Part shown: piece after piece, positions 43,843 through 55,549 of the stretch
How positions within the stretch are numbered: the stretch's first letter is position 1
How the letters are laid out: each line of letters opens with the position of its first letter
From: an uncultured virus (IMG/VR IMGVR_UViG_3300042452_000572)
Taxonomy: Duplodnaviria; Heunggongvirae; Uroviricota; Caudoviricetes
Reading direction: 5' to 3' (one strand)
Length of the DNA stretch: 64,000 bases
Virus record (IMG/VR): IMGVR_UViG_3300042452_000572
Position numbers and translations under genes: made by a program
The notes under the pieces: model-generated
The model's input: the letters and a program-made list of their open reading frames with translations, nothing else
Database searches by the model: none
Told to the model about the DNA's origin: nothing

Positions 43843-46800
43843 GCCAATGCAATTGCTCTAAAGTTTCTAATTTTTGGTGATTGTGCTTGATTTGTTGATG
43901 AACTTTCAACTTTAATTTGATAAGCACTAAATTGTGGTAGATTATTTGCAGTCCAAGTATATTCAACAAATTGATTATCAAGACTTGCAGAAATATTTCT
44001 ATCAGATCTTCCGCTATTATTTTTAATGTTAATTACTTGTTGGTTAGTATCAAGATTGTCATACCCAGGGAATAGTTCAAATACTTTATCAAGCTCTGCC
44101 CCATCAACTCTAAACAGTCTGTATAGAACTCTAATGTCTGCAGATACTGGTCTGTAAGCGTCTAGAATTACCTTCAATGATGTTGCAGGTGCTTCTAGAC
44201 TAATCACTTTAGTTAGATATGATAGATCATGTGGATCTTCTACAAGAAGATTTGATCTTCTATCCGTAGCATAATTTGCAATTGGACTGTTTACTCTATG
44301 TGATTGTGTAGTAACGAAACTTTCAAATGCATTTATAGTCGGTGAGACATTCTCATTTGTTGTGCTTAGTTCAAGTTCAAAGGTAAATGATTTCGCACCA
44401 GGAAGAGCAAGTAATTTTGCTTCTTCATTTACTCTAGAAGCAATTATTCTAGGATCTTTAAATGCAGTTTCATTTGTTAGTGAAACTGGTTCATATCCTT
44501 TATCTTGGAATGAAATTTCGGTTCCATCTACACTTGTTCCAGATACAGTTCTTACCTGAGCATTAATATTGGTTCCGTTTGGTAAAGTATAATCTACATG
44601 TGGAACAATGCTTTCAAATTGAATATTTTGAGTTGCCTTAGCATTTGATCCACCACCAATTTTGCTTGAGTTGAATACAGAAGAACTTGAAATCTTGACG
44701 TGATAATGATCAAGAGTTACTTTATCTTGAATAGTATTAGATGCATCAATTAAATTATGGGTTTTATTAATTTTTCTTAATGAAACACCAGCAAATTCAT
44801 ATTTTTGAATAGGAGTATTTTGCGAATATGTTCTTGGAGTTGTGCCATCAATTCCTCTGGTTGTAATACCTGTTAAGATATTATTACCAACACCTGTATA
44901 TGCAATAATTTCATCACCAATCAATGCAAAGCCAGGATTTGAAGCAGAAACTTGAGAACCTTCAAATATATTGAAGTTAGTACTACTTGCTACACTAATA
45001 TTATCAATAGAACTTACTGCATATCCAACTTGAATTGCAGTTGGAACAGTATCACCACTTATACCAGTGATTGTCACAATATTGTTATCAGCGTGCATTC
45101 CATGGTTCTTATGATTTACTTTGAAGTAAGTACCATCATATTGATCGGTATTGATCGTTACTGTAGAAGGAACAATCGAGAATAGAGTTGATCCTACACC
45201 TACACCAGCGCCTGCAGTTGGGACGTATTGAATTTGATCTGAAGTATTGAATTCTTGTCCAGTCACATTAGTTAGAACAAGAGTATTTGTTGAGGTAACA
45301 ACACCAACTGTAAAGGTTAGATTTTGACCTAGTGTATTGCTTCCAAGTGTGGCAGTTAAAGTATCGCCAACTGCATATCCACGACCACTAGAAGTTACGC
45401 ATACATTAGCAACTGCTCCTCCACTAACGGTAACAATACCAGCTGCACCAGTTCCAGAACCAGTTAAGGTTGTGAAGTTTACAGATTGGAATGTTCCGTT
45501 AGAATAACCAACTCCAACATTAGTTACACTTAAACCAGTGTTTGCTAAACCAACAGCACCACGTAGACTTTCTACAAATCCACTAGAAGTTGTATTGTCT
45601 TGCTTAATTTGAGAACCAACAACAGCAAATGGTGATGTGATGGCAGAAGATAGTCCAAGAGTTACCTTCTTAGCAAAAACTTCAATTGGATTTGTTTGTA
45701 GATTATTTCTAGAATTATAAGTTCTTAATTCTGGATTGTAGAACTTAAATGTTCCTTTTTCTTTGGTAAACTTTGCTTTTCTTGCAACATATTTTAGATC
45801 TTCAAGTTGTGATGGTTCCCAAGTAGAAGCATTCTGAGATTTAAATAAAGAACCTAATGATGGTTGTTTATTGATAATGATTTTTTGAATTTCAGGTAGA
45901 TTTGCCGTAGAAATATCTTCTTCACCTACACGAGAAACCCAAACATTATATGCATCAGTATCTGCAAGAATTACAAATGCATATTCGCCTTTTGGCAAGT
46001 ATACTGGAGCATCAAAAGCAAATGTTGTTGCTAATGATGCTGTAGATGATGTTACAATTTCTGATGGAAATTTTATAACGTTTGATCCTTCAACAATATT
46101 TCCCGTAGGAAGTCCATTTTCAATGGTAACAATTCTAAGTTCTACAGGAATTGTCGAACTCTTCGTAGCAAAATATAAATCAACTGAAGTATAGAAAACA
46201 CCAGGATCTTCTTCTACAAAGAATGATTGTGCTAGTGGATCCGAAGGTTGTGGTGGAGGTGGTGGTGGACGACGAACAATTGTTGTTTCTGTTTCTAAAG
46301 TTCCTTCTGAGAAGAAGTTTGCATCAGCTCCACTTACAGTAATGCCTGGAATATTTGATGGTGTTTTTTCTGCAGAAACTTCAACAGTATTTGTTCCATT
46401 ACTAAATTTTGGATCTGTGTTTGGAATATTAATACTACCAATTAGGGTGCCATTTGCATCACTAATTAAACGAACTTCTTTTACAATTGCTTCTGCATTA
46501 CTTGTTTCACCAACAAGTTTCATACCCTGAGCAACATATCCAAAAAATCTTTCATCTGACTTTTGATTTAGTGATGAAGTATCAATATTAAGCACTTCTG
46601 TAGTATCACTATAGAAAGAACTTAATCCAACATTTGAATATGGATTACTTGTATAAACTGCTGTTGGTTCATTATATGGACCATCTTTATGATTTGCTTG
46701 TGCAAGTCTAAATCTAACTTCTGGATTTGCAGTAGTATTTTGATTTGATAAAATTCTTCCAACTACAGTTTCTCCAACCTGGAAAGATCCTTGAACTGGA

Positions 46801-49800
46801 GTTACTTCTAATAGTTTAGGAACAGTCAATGTCCTATTATCAGACATATCTGTTCTTGAGAAAAAACTAAAGAACTTAGTTGATGGTTTTAATCTTGAAG
46901 CCTTGAATTCAATATTTTGTGCTCTAAGATTTGGAATTGCAGTTGAAGTCGTAATGACTTCTGTTGTTCCAAAACCACCATCAATTGTTTTATATTCTCT
47001 TTCAATCCAGATATCTTTAGATGGACTTAGGCTCATGTTACCACGCCAGGTAACAACATCAAATGGGTTGATATTTACCGCTCTACTTGCAAATGGTTGT
47101 TTAAAATCTTCTACTTCAGAATAATTTAAAGTTACAAGATTTTTTGATTTTTTGATATTTGCCGATCCAAGATCATCTGCATATCTTATATCAATACTTA
47201 AATCTGGAGACCCATTTGTTCCAATAAGTGCTTCAGATCCAATCAATAGGTCAATACTGTCATAGTAAGATCTTGATACCATTTCATTGTTTTTAATGTC
47301 ATAATTTAATGTTGGTAGCGTCTTATCTGCAACATCAAATGTACTAAAGTTATCAACAGCAAATCCAGACTTAAATTTATCAAGTCCAGTATCAGGATCT
47401 TGGATAACTAAACTAGATGTTTTTGCTTCAAGTAAAGATAGACTTGTGTAGTATTCTAGTCCAGCAATTCTATCTTCAAGTTTTCCAATATCAAGCATTG
47501 TATAACGCTTATTGGATTTGAATTCAATAGTTACATTAGTATCTACATTATAAACATATGGTTGATAAGTAATTGTAGCTAATTCAAATGAACCATCAAC
47601 TGCTTCTGGTAGAACAGGACGTTCTGAAGAAACTCCTTTTGCAACAGTAAATGTACTATCTTGATTTAAGAATAATCTATCAATTCTTCCCGTGTAGAAA
47701 TTATAATCTAGAACAATATTTTCATCAGAAACAATAACATTAGGAACAGTTTGACCAGATCCACCAAAGTTTCTCGATGAAAACTCAAATGGTGATAGTG
47801 TTCCACTATAATTTGCTACTCGTGGTCTAAAATCAATAACGTCAGTATTTCTAATATTGTTAAAACTTGGAACATTTTCATTATAATCTGGGTAACTATT
47901 TGTTGTAATAATTTCACCATTATCACTGGAATTGATTGTAAAGTGATCGAAGTAAACCTTTAATTGTCTTGATGGTTCTTGTGATCCAGTCTTTCTAATC
48001 AATCTACCAAAATCATAGTATTCAAGTCTTTGACCTGTATCAAAACTAAAATTATCTAAGATGTTTGGATCACCTAGATTAATTTGGGAAATATTTCCAG
48101 TTACTCCACTTTCTTGAAAAACAACCTGTTCAGTCTCGGTAAAACTTTGATTGTTTTTCGTTACGTAATAAATTTCATTGGTTCCTGTTTTTCCAAGAAC
48201 CATTGCAGATGCACCAGAAGTAGCGCCAATCAAAATCTCACCAACAATCAAATCTTGATTGGTTCCATTTGGACCATTTAATGATGATAAGACTAAACTT
48301 GGAATTGCAGGAGCACTATTTGTAGATGATTGAAATACTGCATGAACATTCACAACATCAGCAACGTCAAGAGAAATTTCTTTATCTTGAACACGTTTGC
48401 CATATGCAGCATTATAAGTCAGACCATCAGAAACTCCAGTTGAAATTCCAGAGTAATTATATTTTGATCCTGTAACTGTAACTGATGCTGCTCTGCTTAG
48501 AACTTTATTTTTAGACGTAACTTTTGATTTTTGTTGAGTTGTTACAACAATAACTCCAGTCTGGTTTATCTTTGATAACCCAGAAATAGTTGCACCCTTT
48601 CCACCATTTGTTAATTGGAATTGGTCTGAAGTTAATGGTTCAACCGTTCCATCCATATAGAAGATTGAATATCTTTCTTCATCGAATGGGGCATAAACAA
48701 AATCAGTTCCCGCTAAAGATGGAAGATCAAGTGAACCTAAAGATGAAGAACTTCTATCCCTATATTCTTTTCTGATAAAGATATCTGAAGTAGTTAAATC
48801 TACACTTTCAATATTTCTATTTGGAAACTCTGCATACATGAAACCAGAGTTTGAATTTCTAATCTTTGGTGCAACAACTAAAAGACCAGAAACGTTGACT
48901 GCAGCAGATGGTAATGAACCAGTAGCAACATTTGAAACAGTTGTAACTGCTTCAACAGTCATGCTTTGTGCTGTTGGAGTGATCGTCTTTACACGATTAT
49001 AAACTGTTCCTGATACATCAGTTCTAGCATATGAAACAATATCACCAGTTTTAATACCTACTGTCCAACCACTTGTAGAACTTGTAACAGTAGAGACACC
49101 ACCAGATCCAGATGTAATAGTAAATGGTTTTGCACCAAAATTAATTTTTGGTTCTAGAACTGAATCTGCACTAAAAGTTGTAACACCAACTTCAGATCTT
49201 ACAGAACGAATATCAGTAATATCAAATTCTAAAACTTTAGTAATTACTCTTCCGTTCTCAATTCCATTGACAAGAATTGCTTCATCTACAATAAAGTTTC
49301 CTGACGTTTGGTGAAGGGTTAAAATACTTCCAGAAACAGATCTCAAATATCCCTTAGCACCAGAATTTTTACCTTCAATTAAAGCAGGCACACTAATTGA
49401 TAGTGATTGATTTAGTGTAATTTCGGTATCGGTTTGAACATCATATAGATACAAATCAAACTGCGATGCGTTATTTACATATTCTGTATTTGTACACTTA
49501 TAATCATATACTCGTGCTCTACCAACACTTTGTCCTGCAGTAGAAGCTTTATTAGATCCAAGTCTTTGACTGCGAAGATCTACAAATCCAGTTGTTGCTA
49601 ATCCAACACTAGCACCACCATATACATTGTTTACTCGTAAAAGATTACCTGCTTGGAAAGGAATTCCTGAGCCTAAAACAGATGTAGTTTCTCTTGGTTT
49701 TTCTATATCTAAGAAAGTTGTTCCAAAAGTTTCTACTTCATATCCTTTTACATATGCTTTTCCTGGACCAACTTGAATTTCAAGTAAATCTTTAGATGGT

Positions 49801-50831
49801 TTATTACCCTGATCAGTATTTTCCTCTGGGAAGAAAACTCCAAAAGTCGAATATCTATCGTTTAAACTTTCCTTTGCTTGAATATCAAATTGCTTAACAT
49901 AATAATCACCACTTTCATCATAAGTTCTTCTTGCTAGTTCCTTAGCAATTTCACTATAAACAGTTTTTGTGACAATTTTTCTAACTTCACCATTCTTTAC
50001 TCTAAAAAGTTCAATAAAGTTTTCATCTTGATAATCTTCTAAATCTTTTTTAATCAAAGATAAACTAATTTTTAATCTATCTGCACCAGGTGCAGTATAG
50101 TTTGAATATCCTTGAGCATTATCATAAAGTGTTGGATCATCAACAGCGTTAATGATTTCTTCGTTTACGAAAAATCCAACTCTGTACGATGGAGTATTTG
50201 AATATTGATCGAGAATAATTGTTTCATCATTTACTGCAATGAACGCACCTCTTGCAAAAAATACACCTTCAGTTACAGAGAATGAAGATCCAGTTGCAGT
50301 GGCATTTGTAAGAACGCACGTTGCAAAGTCAGATCCAGAAGCAATCGTTGTAGATCCATAAGTAAAATCTGTAAGAGTTACTAGATTTTCACCATCTAAA
50401 AACTGATCTGTGCTATAATCTTGATCTGATGATTTTTGATATTTTACGTATAATGTAGTAGTGCCTTCAATAGATTGATTTTTGGATATTACTTTCTTTA
50501 CTACTGCAGTGATACCAGAAGTTTTTCCTTGGATTGTTAATCCAATTAACTGATTATAATAATCCTCAACTGAAACCCCAAAAAACGTTGGTTCTAACTT
50601 TACTGCATAGTATTTGTCATCATATGCAATAGAACCTGGAATTACTACAGAACCTTCCTTGAAAAAATGTTTACCAAATTTTTCAACTTGATCCTGAAGA
50701 ATTGACTGTAAAGTTGTTAGTTCTCTTGCCTGAATTGGAACACCAGGTTTAAAAAGAACCCTATTATAATTTTTTGCCTGATCAAAATCATCATAATATG
50801 GATTGGTGTTGAGGTTAGTGTTTTGTGGCAT
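43839..50831 (-). CDS. Large virion structural protein (VrlC/DUF4815-like, 2330 aa)
   Basis: MPQNTNLN.NPYYDDFD, LFKPGVPIQARELTTLQSILQ, APGADRLK, LARRTYDESGDY, DPLAQSF, GSLFKSQNASTW; standard position after gp8. Confidence 0.9.
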   Translation of the reverse strand: MPQNTNLNTNPYYDDFDQAKNYNRVLFKPGVPIQARELTTLQSILQDQVEKFGKHFFKEGSVVIPGSIAYDDKYYAVKLEPTFFGVSVEDYYNQLIGLTIQGKTSGITAVVKKVISKNQSIEGTTTLYVKYQKSSDQDYSTDQFLDGENLVTLTDFTYGSTTIASGSDFATCVLTNATATGSSFSVTEGVFFARGAFIAVNDETIILDQYSNTPSYRVGFFVNEEIINAVDDPTLYDNAQGYSNYTAPGADRLKISLSLIKKDLEDYQDENFIELFRVKNGEVRKIVTKTVYSEIAKELARRTYDESGDYYVKQFDIQAKESLNDRYSTFGVFFPEENTDQGNKPSKDLLEIQVGPGKAYVKGYEVETFGTTFLDIEKPRETTSVLGSGIPFQAGNLLRVNNVYGGASVGLATTGFVDLRSQRLGSNKASTAGQSVGRARVYDYKCTNTEYVNNASQFDLYLYDVQTDTEITLNQSLSISVPALIEGKNSGAKGYLRSVSGSILTLHQTSGNFIVDEAILVNGIENGRVITKVLEFDITDIRSVRSEVGVTTFSADSVLEPKINFGAKPFTITSGSGGVSTVTSSTSGWTVGIKTGDIVSYARTDVSGTVYNRVKTITPTAQSMTVEAVTTVSNVATGSLPSAAVNVSGLLVVAPKIRNSNSGFMYAEFPNRNIESVDLTTSDIFIRKEYRDRSSSSLGSLDLPSLAGTDFVYAPFDEERYSIFYMDGTVEPLTSDQFQLTNGGKGATISGLSKINQTGVIVVTTQQKSKVTSKNKVLSRAASVTVTGSKYNYSGISTGVSDGLTYNAAYGKRVQDKEISLDVADVVNVHAVFQSSTNSAPAIPSLVLSSLNGPNGTNQDLIVGEILIGATSGASAMVLGKTGTNEIYYVTKNNQSFTETEQVVFQESGVTGNISQINLGDPNILDNFSFDTGQRLEYYDFGRLIRKTGSQEPSRQLKVYFDHFTINSSDNGEIITTNSYPDYNENVPSFNNIRNTDVIDFRPRVANYSGTLSPFEFSSRNFGGSGQTVPNVIVSDENIVLDYNFYTGRIDRLFLNQDSTFTVAKGVSSERPVLPEAVDGSFELATITYQPYVYNVDTNVTIEFKSNKRYTMLDIGKLEDRIAGLEYYTSLSLLEAKTSSLVIQDPDTGLDKFKSGFAVDNFSTFDVADKTLPTLNYDIKNNEMVSRSYYDSIDLLIGSEALIGTNGSPDLSIDIRYADDLGSANIKKSKNLVTLNYSEVEDFKQPFASRAVNINPFDVVTWRGNMSLSPSKDIWIEREYKTIDGGFGTTEVITTSTAIPNLRAQNIEFKASRLKPSTKFFSFFSRTDMSDNRTLTVPKLLEVTPVQGSFQVGETVVGRILSNQNTTANPEVRFRLAQANHKDGPYNEPTAVYTSNPYSNVGLSSFYSDTTEVLNIDTSSLNQKSDERFFGYVAQGMKLVGETSNAEAIVKEVRLISDANGTLIGSINIPNTDPKFSNGTNTVEVSAEKTPSNIPGITVSGADANFFSEGTLETETTIVRRPPPPPPQPSDPLAQSFFVEEDPGVFYTSVDLYFATKSSTIPVELRIVTIENGLPTGNIVEGSNVIKFPSEIVTSSTASLATTFAFDAPVYLPKGEYAFVILADTDAYNVWVSRVGEEDISTANLPEIQKIIINKQPSLGSLFKSQNASTWEPSQLEDLKYVARKAKFTKEKGTFKFYNPELRTYNSRNNLQTNPIEVFAKKVTLGLSSAITSPFAVVGSQIKQDNTTSSGFVESLRGAVGLANTGLSVTNVGVGYSNGTFQSVNFTTLTGSGTGAAGIVTVSGGAVANVCVTSSGRGYAVGDTLTATLGSNTLGQNLTFTVGVVTSTNTLVLTNVTGQEFNTSDQIQYVPTAGAGVGVGSTLFSIVPSTVTINTDQYDGTYFKVNHKNHGMHADNNIVTITGISGDTVPTAIQVGYAVSSIDNISVASSTNFNIFEGSQVSASNPGFALIGDEIIAYTGVGNNILTGITTRGIDGTTPRTYSQNTPIQKYEFAGVSLRKINKTHNLIDASNTIQDKVTLDHYHVKISSSSVFNSSKIGGGSNAKATQNIQFESIVPHVDYTLPNGTNINAQVRTVSGTSVDGTEISFQDKGYEPVSLTNETAFKDPRIIASRVNEEAKLLALPGAKSFTFELELSTTNENVSPTINAFESFVTTQSHRVNSPIANYATDRRSNLLVEDPHDLSYLTKVISLEAPATSLKVILDAYRPVSADIRVLYRLFRVDGAELDKVFELFPGYDNLDTNQQVINIKNNSGRSDRNISASLDNQFVEYTWTANNLPQFSAYQIKVESSSTNQAQSPKIRNFRAIALA

Positions 50832-50835
50832 CGGA

Positions 50836-52374
50836 TCAGAATTCTAAAACAATTTTAATATCTTCTCTTTGGTTTGTAGCTCTTGTTACTTCTGGTCGGT
50901 TGTCAACGTAAATGATTTCTCCAGAATACTTTTGGATTTCTGGTTGAGCAATACCATTATTAAATGATTGACCGAAATAATAAGTTCTTGAGTTGACCGT
51001 TGTTGAAACACCAGTAAATGTTGTTTCAATTCCTACAGTTTCAGTGCCAGTAGTCGTTGTTACAACTACATTTACACTTCCTCCTGTTCCTGGAGAACTT
51101 GTAAATTTATTTAGACGGTATCCATAGGTTGGTTTTGATCCAGTAGAACTGTCAGTAGCAAGATCCCTATCTTGCCAGTATCTTAAAATCTTTGTTATTG
51201 GATCATATGAAATAATTTTTCCAACCGCAGTTGATCCAATGCCAATTGTCTGTCTAACTTGCCCATCAACTGATACACTCATTGTTGTTGTAGCAGCACC
51301 CGTTAAACGAAGACCATAGACACCAGATGTTGAAGATGCTGTCAACAAATTGGTTGTGCCATTAACTAATGGGTTTTTAATAACACCAATTCTAGCAAAT
51401 TGGTTTCCTGTAGGAAAATCTGGATTTGTTACATCACTATTTTCAATTCTTGAGTAAATTAAAACTCTATTAGCACCAAGTTCTTTATCAATATCTGCAC
51501 CATGTCCACCTGGTGGAGGAATAATTACTGAAAAACTAGCACCAGATCCAGTTACAACACTATCAAGATCTAGTGTAGCAAATGTATAACCAGATCCACC
51601 ATTAGTTACAGTTACTGATGTTGGTTTTCCATCAATAAAGGTAACAGATGCTAATCCATCTTGACCATCACCTCTTATGGGAACATTATTTTTTGATCCA
51701 CTATATTGATATGAAGCTGAAGTTACGTCTTCAATTGTTATAACTTCAATTTGTCCATCAACTGCAGCGTTTCTAACATCGGCAACATCAGAATTTGTTT
51801 TCCAATTTGCAGGAACTGGAATATACTCTACGCTATCAAACTTAATGATGTCACTTGGTTTAATCGAGAACAGATATTTCCAAATATATCCATCACTTTC
51901 TAATCTTGGTTGGAGATCCGTATGAGTTGGTTCTTCCAAGGAAATAATTCCTTTTCCGCTATTTGACGGAGCAGCACCATTATAAATGCACTCATAAACT
52001 CTATAGTCAGAGTTCATTACATAAAAATTTGTTCGATACAAACTAGTTGCACCAGTTTGAGGTGAAGTTCTATTAATACTGTAATCATGTCGGTACATTT
52101 CATAAATTGTACCTGATGTCCAAGAAATTTTTCTGATAACTTTTAGGACATCACTTGATGTGATTTTCTTTGCAGAAATTAGAGTATCATATATGTCACT
52201 ATATTGATCGAAACTATCAATTGGATATGGTGTATTAGTATTCCAATCTGCACTTACTTCAGTGGCATTTGGTAGACCAATAAACACATAATAACTGTTA
52301 TCAGAGGTCGAAATACCACTGACAAAGTTAGATGCATTCAATACTCTGATCTGATCAGTAATGATCGCGGGCAT
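50836..52374 (-). CDS. gp8: Baseplate wedge subunit (T4 gp8)
   Basis: MPAIITDQIR, YEMYRHDYS, FYVMNSDYRVYECI, DGYIWKYLF, YVDNR..REDIKIVLEF. Confidence 0.95.
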   Translation of the reverse strand: MPAIITDQIRVLNASNFVSGISTSDNSYYVFIGLPNATEVSADWNTNTPYPIDSFDQYSDIYDTLISAKKITSSDVLKVIRKISWTSGTIYEMYRHDYSINRTSPQTGATSLYRTNFYVMNSDYRVYECIYNGAAPSNSGKGIISLEEPTHTDLQPRLESDGYIWKYLFSIKPSDIIKFDSVEYIPVPANWKTNSDVADVRNAAVDGQIEVITIEDVTSASYQYSGSKNNVPIRGDGQDGLASVTFIDGKPTSVTVTNGGSGYTFATLDLDSVVTGSGASFSVIIPPPGGHGADIDKELGANRVLIYSRIENSDVTNPDFPTGNQFARIGVIKNPLVNGTTNLLTASSTSGVYGLRLTGAATTTMSVSVDGQVRQTIGIGSTAVGKIISYDPITKILRYWQDRDLATDSSTGSKPTYGYRLNKFTSSPGTGGSVNVVVTTTTGTETVGIETTFTGVSTTVNSRTYYFGQSFNNGIAQPEIQKYSGEIIYVDNRPEVTRATNQREDIKIVLEF

Positions 52375-52398
52375 TATTTTCTAGACTTTTTGTTTTAT

Positions 52399-55300
52399 TT
52401 ATGAGTAATCTAAAGATAACTTTGTAGTTCTAACAATTTGTGGTGCAGTTGAAATACCAGTTAATCCATTTAAAGGGTTGCAAGTAAACGCTAATCCAGA
52501 TGATCTTCCTGATGTAAATTTAGCCCAACTATATTCACCATAGAAATTACCACCACCAGATCCTAAACCACTAAAGTTTAATGTATGGTTTGTGGCAATA
52601 TTTACATGAACTCTCATTGACAATCCAGTTCCAACAGGATCAATATGACTTACCTGATAAACTCCATCTAAAAATTGTGTTGCAAGACCGACTGTTGTTG
52701 ATCTGTCTTGTGATAATGCTGTTACTCCATTGCCGATATTTGATCTAGAAATAACAAAATAATCTCCTGTTGAAATTCCAGTCACAGTAATATTGCCAAA
52801 AGGTGCATCCCTTAGTGGTGAATTTAATGGAATAAAGAAGTTAAATTGAAGTCCTTGACTGGTACTTCCAACTCCAGTAATAATTCCCTCATCACCAAGA
52901 ACTGAAACTGATGAAACTGTCTCAACTGGTTTTATAAATGTTGTTGTTCCAAATCCAGTATTATCTTTATCACTATCAATAATCTGAACGTCGAATGATG
53001 TAGTATTTGGATCTTCAGTTTTACTGAAGATTAAACTTCCACCATCAGCATAGAAGATATTATCCGTTGTGGTAATATTTTTAATAATTCTTGCTGTTGG
53101 TTTAATTTTTGAAGCATATTCAACTCTAGATTTACTTACTTTAATGCCATCCACAAATAAATCTTCTTGCTGCTGGCACCAAACAACTGGTCTAAGAGGT
53201 GATGTTGATTGACTAATTCCTTGACCTTTATAGTTGTTTGTTTGAATAGTGTCTCTGGAAACAATTGCTCTAACAATTCTTTCACTTTGTTCAATTGGAA
53301 TAATTTGATTTGGATTTTTAAGAATTGTTACTCCATCGCCAATCTTAATAGTATCAAGTGCTGTAGTAGTGTCAATATCAGCATCTGTTCCACGATAAAA
53401 TAATATTTGTAAGGAAGATCCTGCTACTGGTGGTTCTACAAATGTTATTTGAGTTCCTCCTTCAAATGTATAAGCATCTCCTGGTTTTTGAAGAACATCG
53501 TTGATGAATATCAGCAACACATCTTCCAAATTAATTGGAGATCCTGGAGTTTTTTCAATGCTTAATGGAACCCCATTTTCAGTGATTGTAAATGTGGTTT
53601 TAACACTATTAAATTCCGATGAGAAATCATCAAGGACTTGAAGTTTTCCAAGTACCCATCCAGCAAATTCATCATCTCTGGTTTCTTTTACTGTAAATAT
53701 TGCATTCGCAAACGTTGATCCAATACTCGTAACTGTAGGAATTCCAGCAATTCTTAATTGTTCACCAACAGTAAATCCATAACCAATATTGTTAAGTTGG
53801 AAAGATGTTATGCTTAACCCAGAACCAACAACAATAGATGCTGAAGCTCCAATTCCAGTTGAAGAACTAATCAATCTAATATCATCATATGGAATTGGGG
53901 CATCAAAAGAAACTACAGGAACATTTGTCCAAGTATATCCTACACCTGGAGTGTTTATGAAAATTTTATCAATATTTCCGTTTAAGACAGTGAACGTGCC
54001 AGCAGCTCCAGTCGTAGGATTTCCGCCATTGACATAAACTCTATAAGTAGTTGGACCGTTTCTGTATCCGCTGCCAGAGTATCCCAATGCGACTGTGATC
54101 GTTCCAAATCCAGAGACCACTGCGGTTCCTGTTCCGACATATTGTGGTTGATATCCATAACCTTCAGAATTTGCTAAAGAAACAATAAGACCTTTTCTTG
54201 GAAGTTTATTAGCGTTTACATCTGAAGTACTATATGCTTCTACAGTTGCATCGCTATTGCCAGTAAATCTTATAGATGTTATACCAGTGGATGATCCTCC
54301 AATAAAATTATAATCAACATCTGGTTTCTGGAAAATATTATTAACTAATATTACTCCAAAATCACTGGTAATGCCTGTTGTATTTACACCAGAACTCTTA
54401 ATAGTGAATGTTTTTGCTATACCAGTAAAGTTTTGGGAAATATCATCAATAATAAGGTTACCATCATAATTTGATCTGATAAAAGATCTACCTTGGAATG
54501 AACTTCCATTAGTAACGTCTACATAAACCAAATTATGAGTTCCAATACCAGCAGATGTTAAAGTAATCGCTATGCCAACATTGGCATTGTCTAGAGATGA
54601 TGAAAATGAATAATTATTTTCAGAATTTTTTATTAAAAAGTAGTTTTCATTGGATTGAAGTGGAGAAGGTGGAGTAAGACTTCTTATTAAAACCTGAGAT
54701 CCTGTTGTAAAAATATCTGATAAAGCAGTAAAACTGCTTGATGTTAAATTTACATTTTCGGAAGAAAATCCTACAGTATAACGTAATCCACCAAATGGAA
54801 CATCTGCAAAAGTAATTACATCATTAATGATATTATAGTCACCAAAAACAAGTTGAACAGTGTCTCCAGCTGAATGACCTCCAAATGAAGTTCCCATCCA
54901 ACGTCTATCAACTAACATTTGATTTGAAACTCCATTAAATCCAATTACTTGGATTCTCATAATTTCGTCATTTATTTGAATTAGATCATAATTTTTAAAT
55001 ATACTAATATCACTGACTTCTAATATTCTATTATTAATGGATGAAAGTGTAGTAGTTGCACCAATTCTTTTATAGATTGGAGACTGAATAATATTATCTA
55101 AAGCAATAATACACTTACTATTTTGCTTTTCTGCTGTGAATGAATGCGTTGTTCCTATTCCAACAGAAGTTAAATCAATCGCATCTCCAGCAAAAGCAAG
55201 AGTTGTTGCAGCAGCAACCTTAAATTTATTTTCTGCTATTTTAATTGCAAACACTCGTTGCGGTAAAGTTGTAGCTCCACCGACACCAGTACTCGATGGA

Positions 55301-55536
55301 TTTATGCTAATAGCAGTATTTCCTGGTCCAGCATTATAATATAAAGGTTCGCCAGTTACAAAAAAATGATTATCAATAACAAATGTATCAGCCCCAAGTA
55401 AAACTGATGATGTATTCGATCCATCAAAAACTTTATGGAAGATAGGATCTCCTTCGTGCGTCAAATTAAACGAATACCTGAAGGTTTCCGTTGCAGAATT
55501 ATATTGTTTATTTACGGATCCTAACTGAAATCCCAT
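52399..55536 (-). CDS. gp7: Baseplate wedge initiator gp7, C-terminal part encoded as a separate gene
   Basis: FNLTHEGDPIF, HFFVTGE, IIALDNIIQSP, LIFINDVLQKPG.AYTFEGG, FYRGT and YGEYSW correspond to the distal half of cyanophage gp7; it lies directly before gp8. Confidence 0.75.
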   Translation of the reverse strand: MGFQLGSVNKQYNSATETFRYSFNLTHEGDPIFHKVFDGSNTSSVLLGADTFVIDNHFFVTGEPLYYNAGPGNTAISINPSSTGVGGATTLPQRVFAIKIAENKFKVAAATTLAFAGDAIDLTSVGIGTTHSFTAEKQNSKCIIALDNIIQSPIYKRIGATTTLSSINNRILEVSDISIFKNYDLIQINDEIMRIQVIGFNGVSNQMLVDRRWMGTSFGGHSAGDTVQLVFGDYNIINDVITFADVPFGGLRYTVGFSSENVNLTSSSFTALSDIFTTGSQVLIRSLTPPSPLQSNENYFLIKNSENNYSFSSSLDNANVGIAITLTSAGIGTHNLVYVDVTNGSSFQGRSFIRSNYDGNLIIDDISQNFTGIAKTFTIKSSGVNTTGITSDFGVILVNNIFQKPDVDYNFIGGSSTGITSIRFTGNSDATVEAYSTSDVNANKLPRKGLIVSLANSEGYGYQPQYVGTGTAVVSGFGTITVALGYSGSGYRNGPTTYRVYVNGGNPTTGAAGTFTVLNGNIDKIFINTPGVGYTWTNVPVVSFDAPIPYDDIRLISSSTGIGASASIVVGSGLSITSFQLNNIGYGFTVGEQLRIAGIPTVTSIGSTFANAIFTVKETRDDEFAGWVLGKLQVLDDFSSEFNSVKTTFTITENGVPLSIEKTPGSPINLEDVLLIFINDVLQKPGDAYTFEGGTQITFVEPPVAGSSLQILFYRGTDADIDTTTALDTIKIGDGVTILKNPNQIIPIEQSERIVRAIVSRDTIQTNNYKGQGISQSTSPLRPVVWCQQQEDLFVDGIKVSKSRVEYASKIKPTARIIKNITTTDNIFYADGGSLIFSKTEDPNTTSFDVQIIDSDKDNTGFGTTTFIKPVETVSSVSVLGDEGIITGVGSTSQGLQFNFFIPLNSPLRDAPFGNITVTGISTGDYFVISRSNIGNGVTALSQDRSTTVGLATQFLDGVYQVSHIDPVGTGLSMRVHVNIATNHTLNFSGLGSGGGNFYGEYSWAKFTSGRSSGLAFTCNPLNGLTGISTAPQIVRTTKLSLDYS

Positions 55537-55549
55537 ATTGTTTTTGGAA

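Noticed and set aside
46251..46270. GGT/GGA triplet run
   Set aside because: It encodes a short poly-proline linker (RRPPPPPPQP) in the 2330-aa protein, not a contingency repeat.
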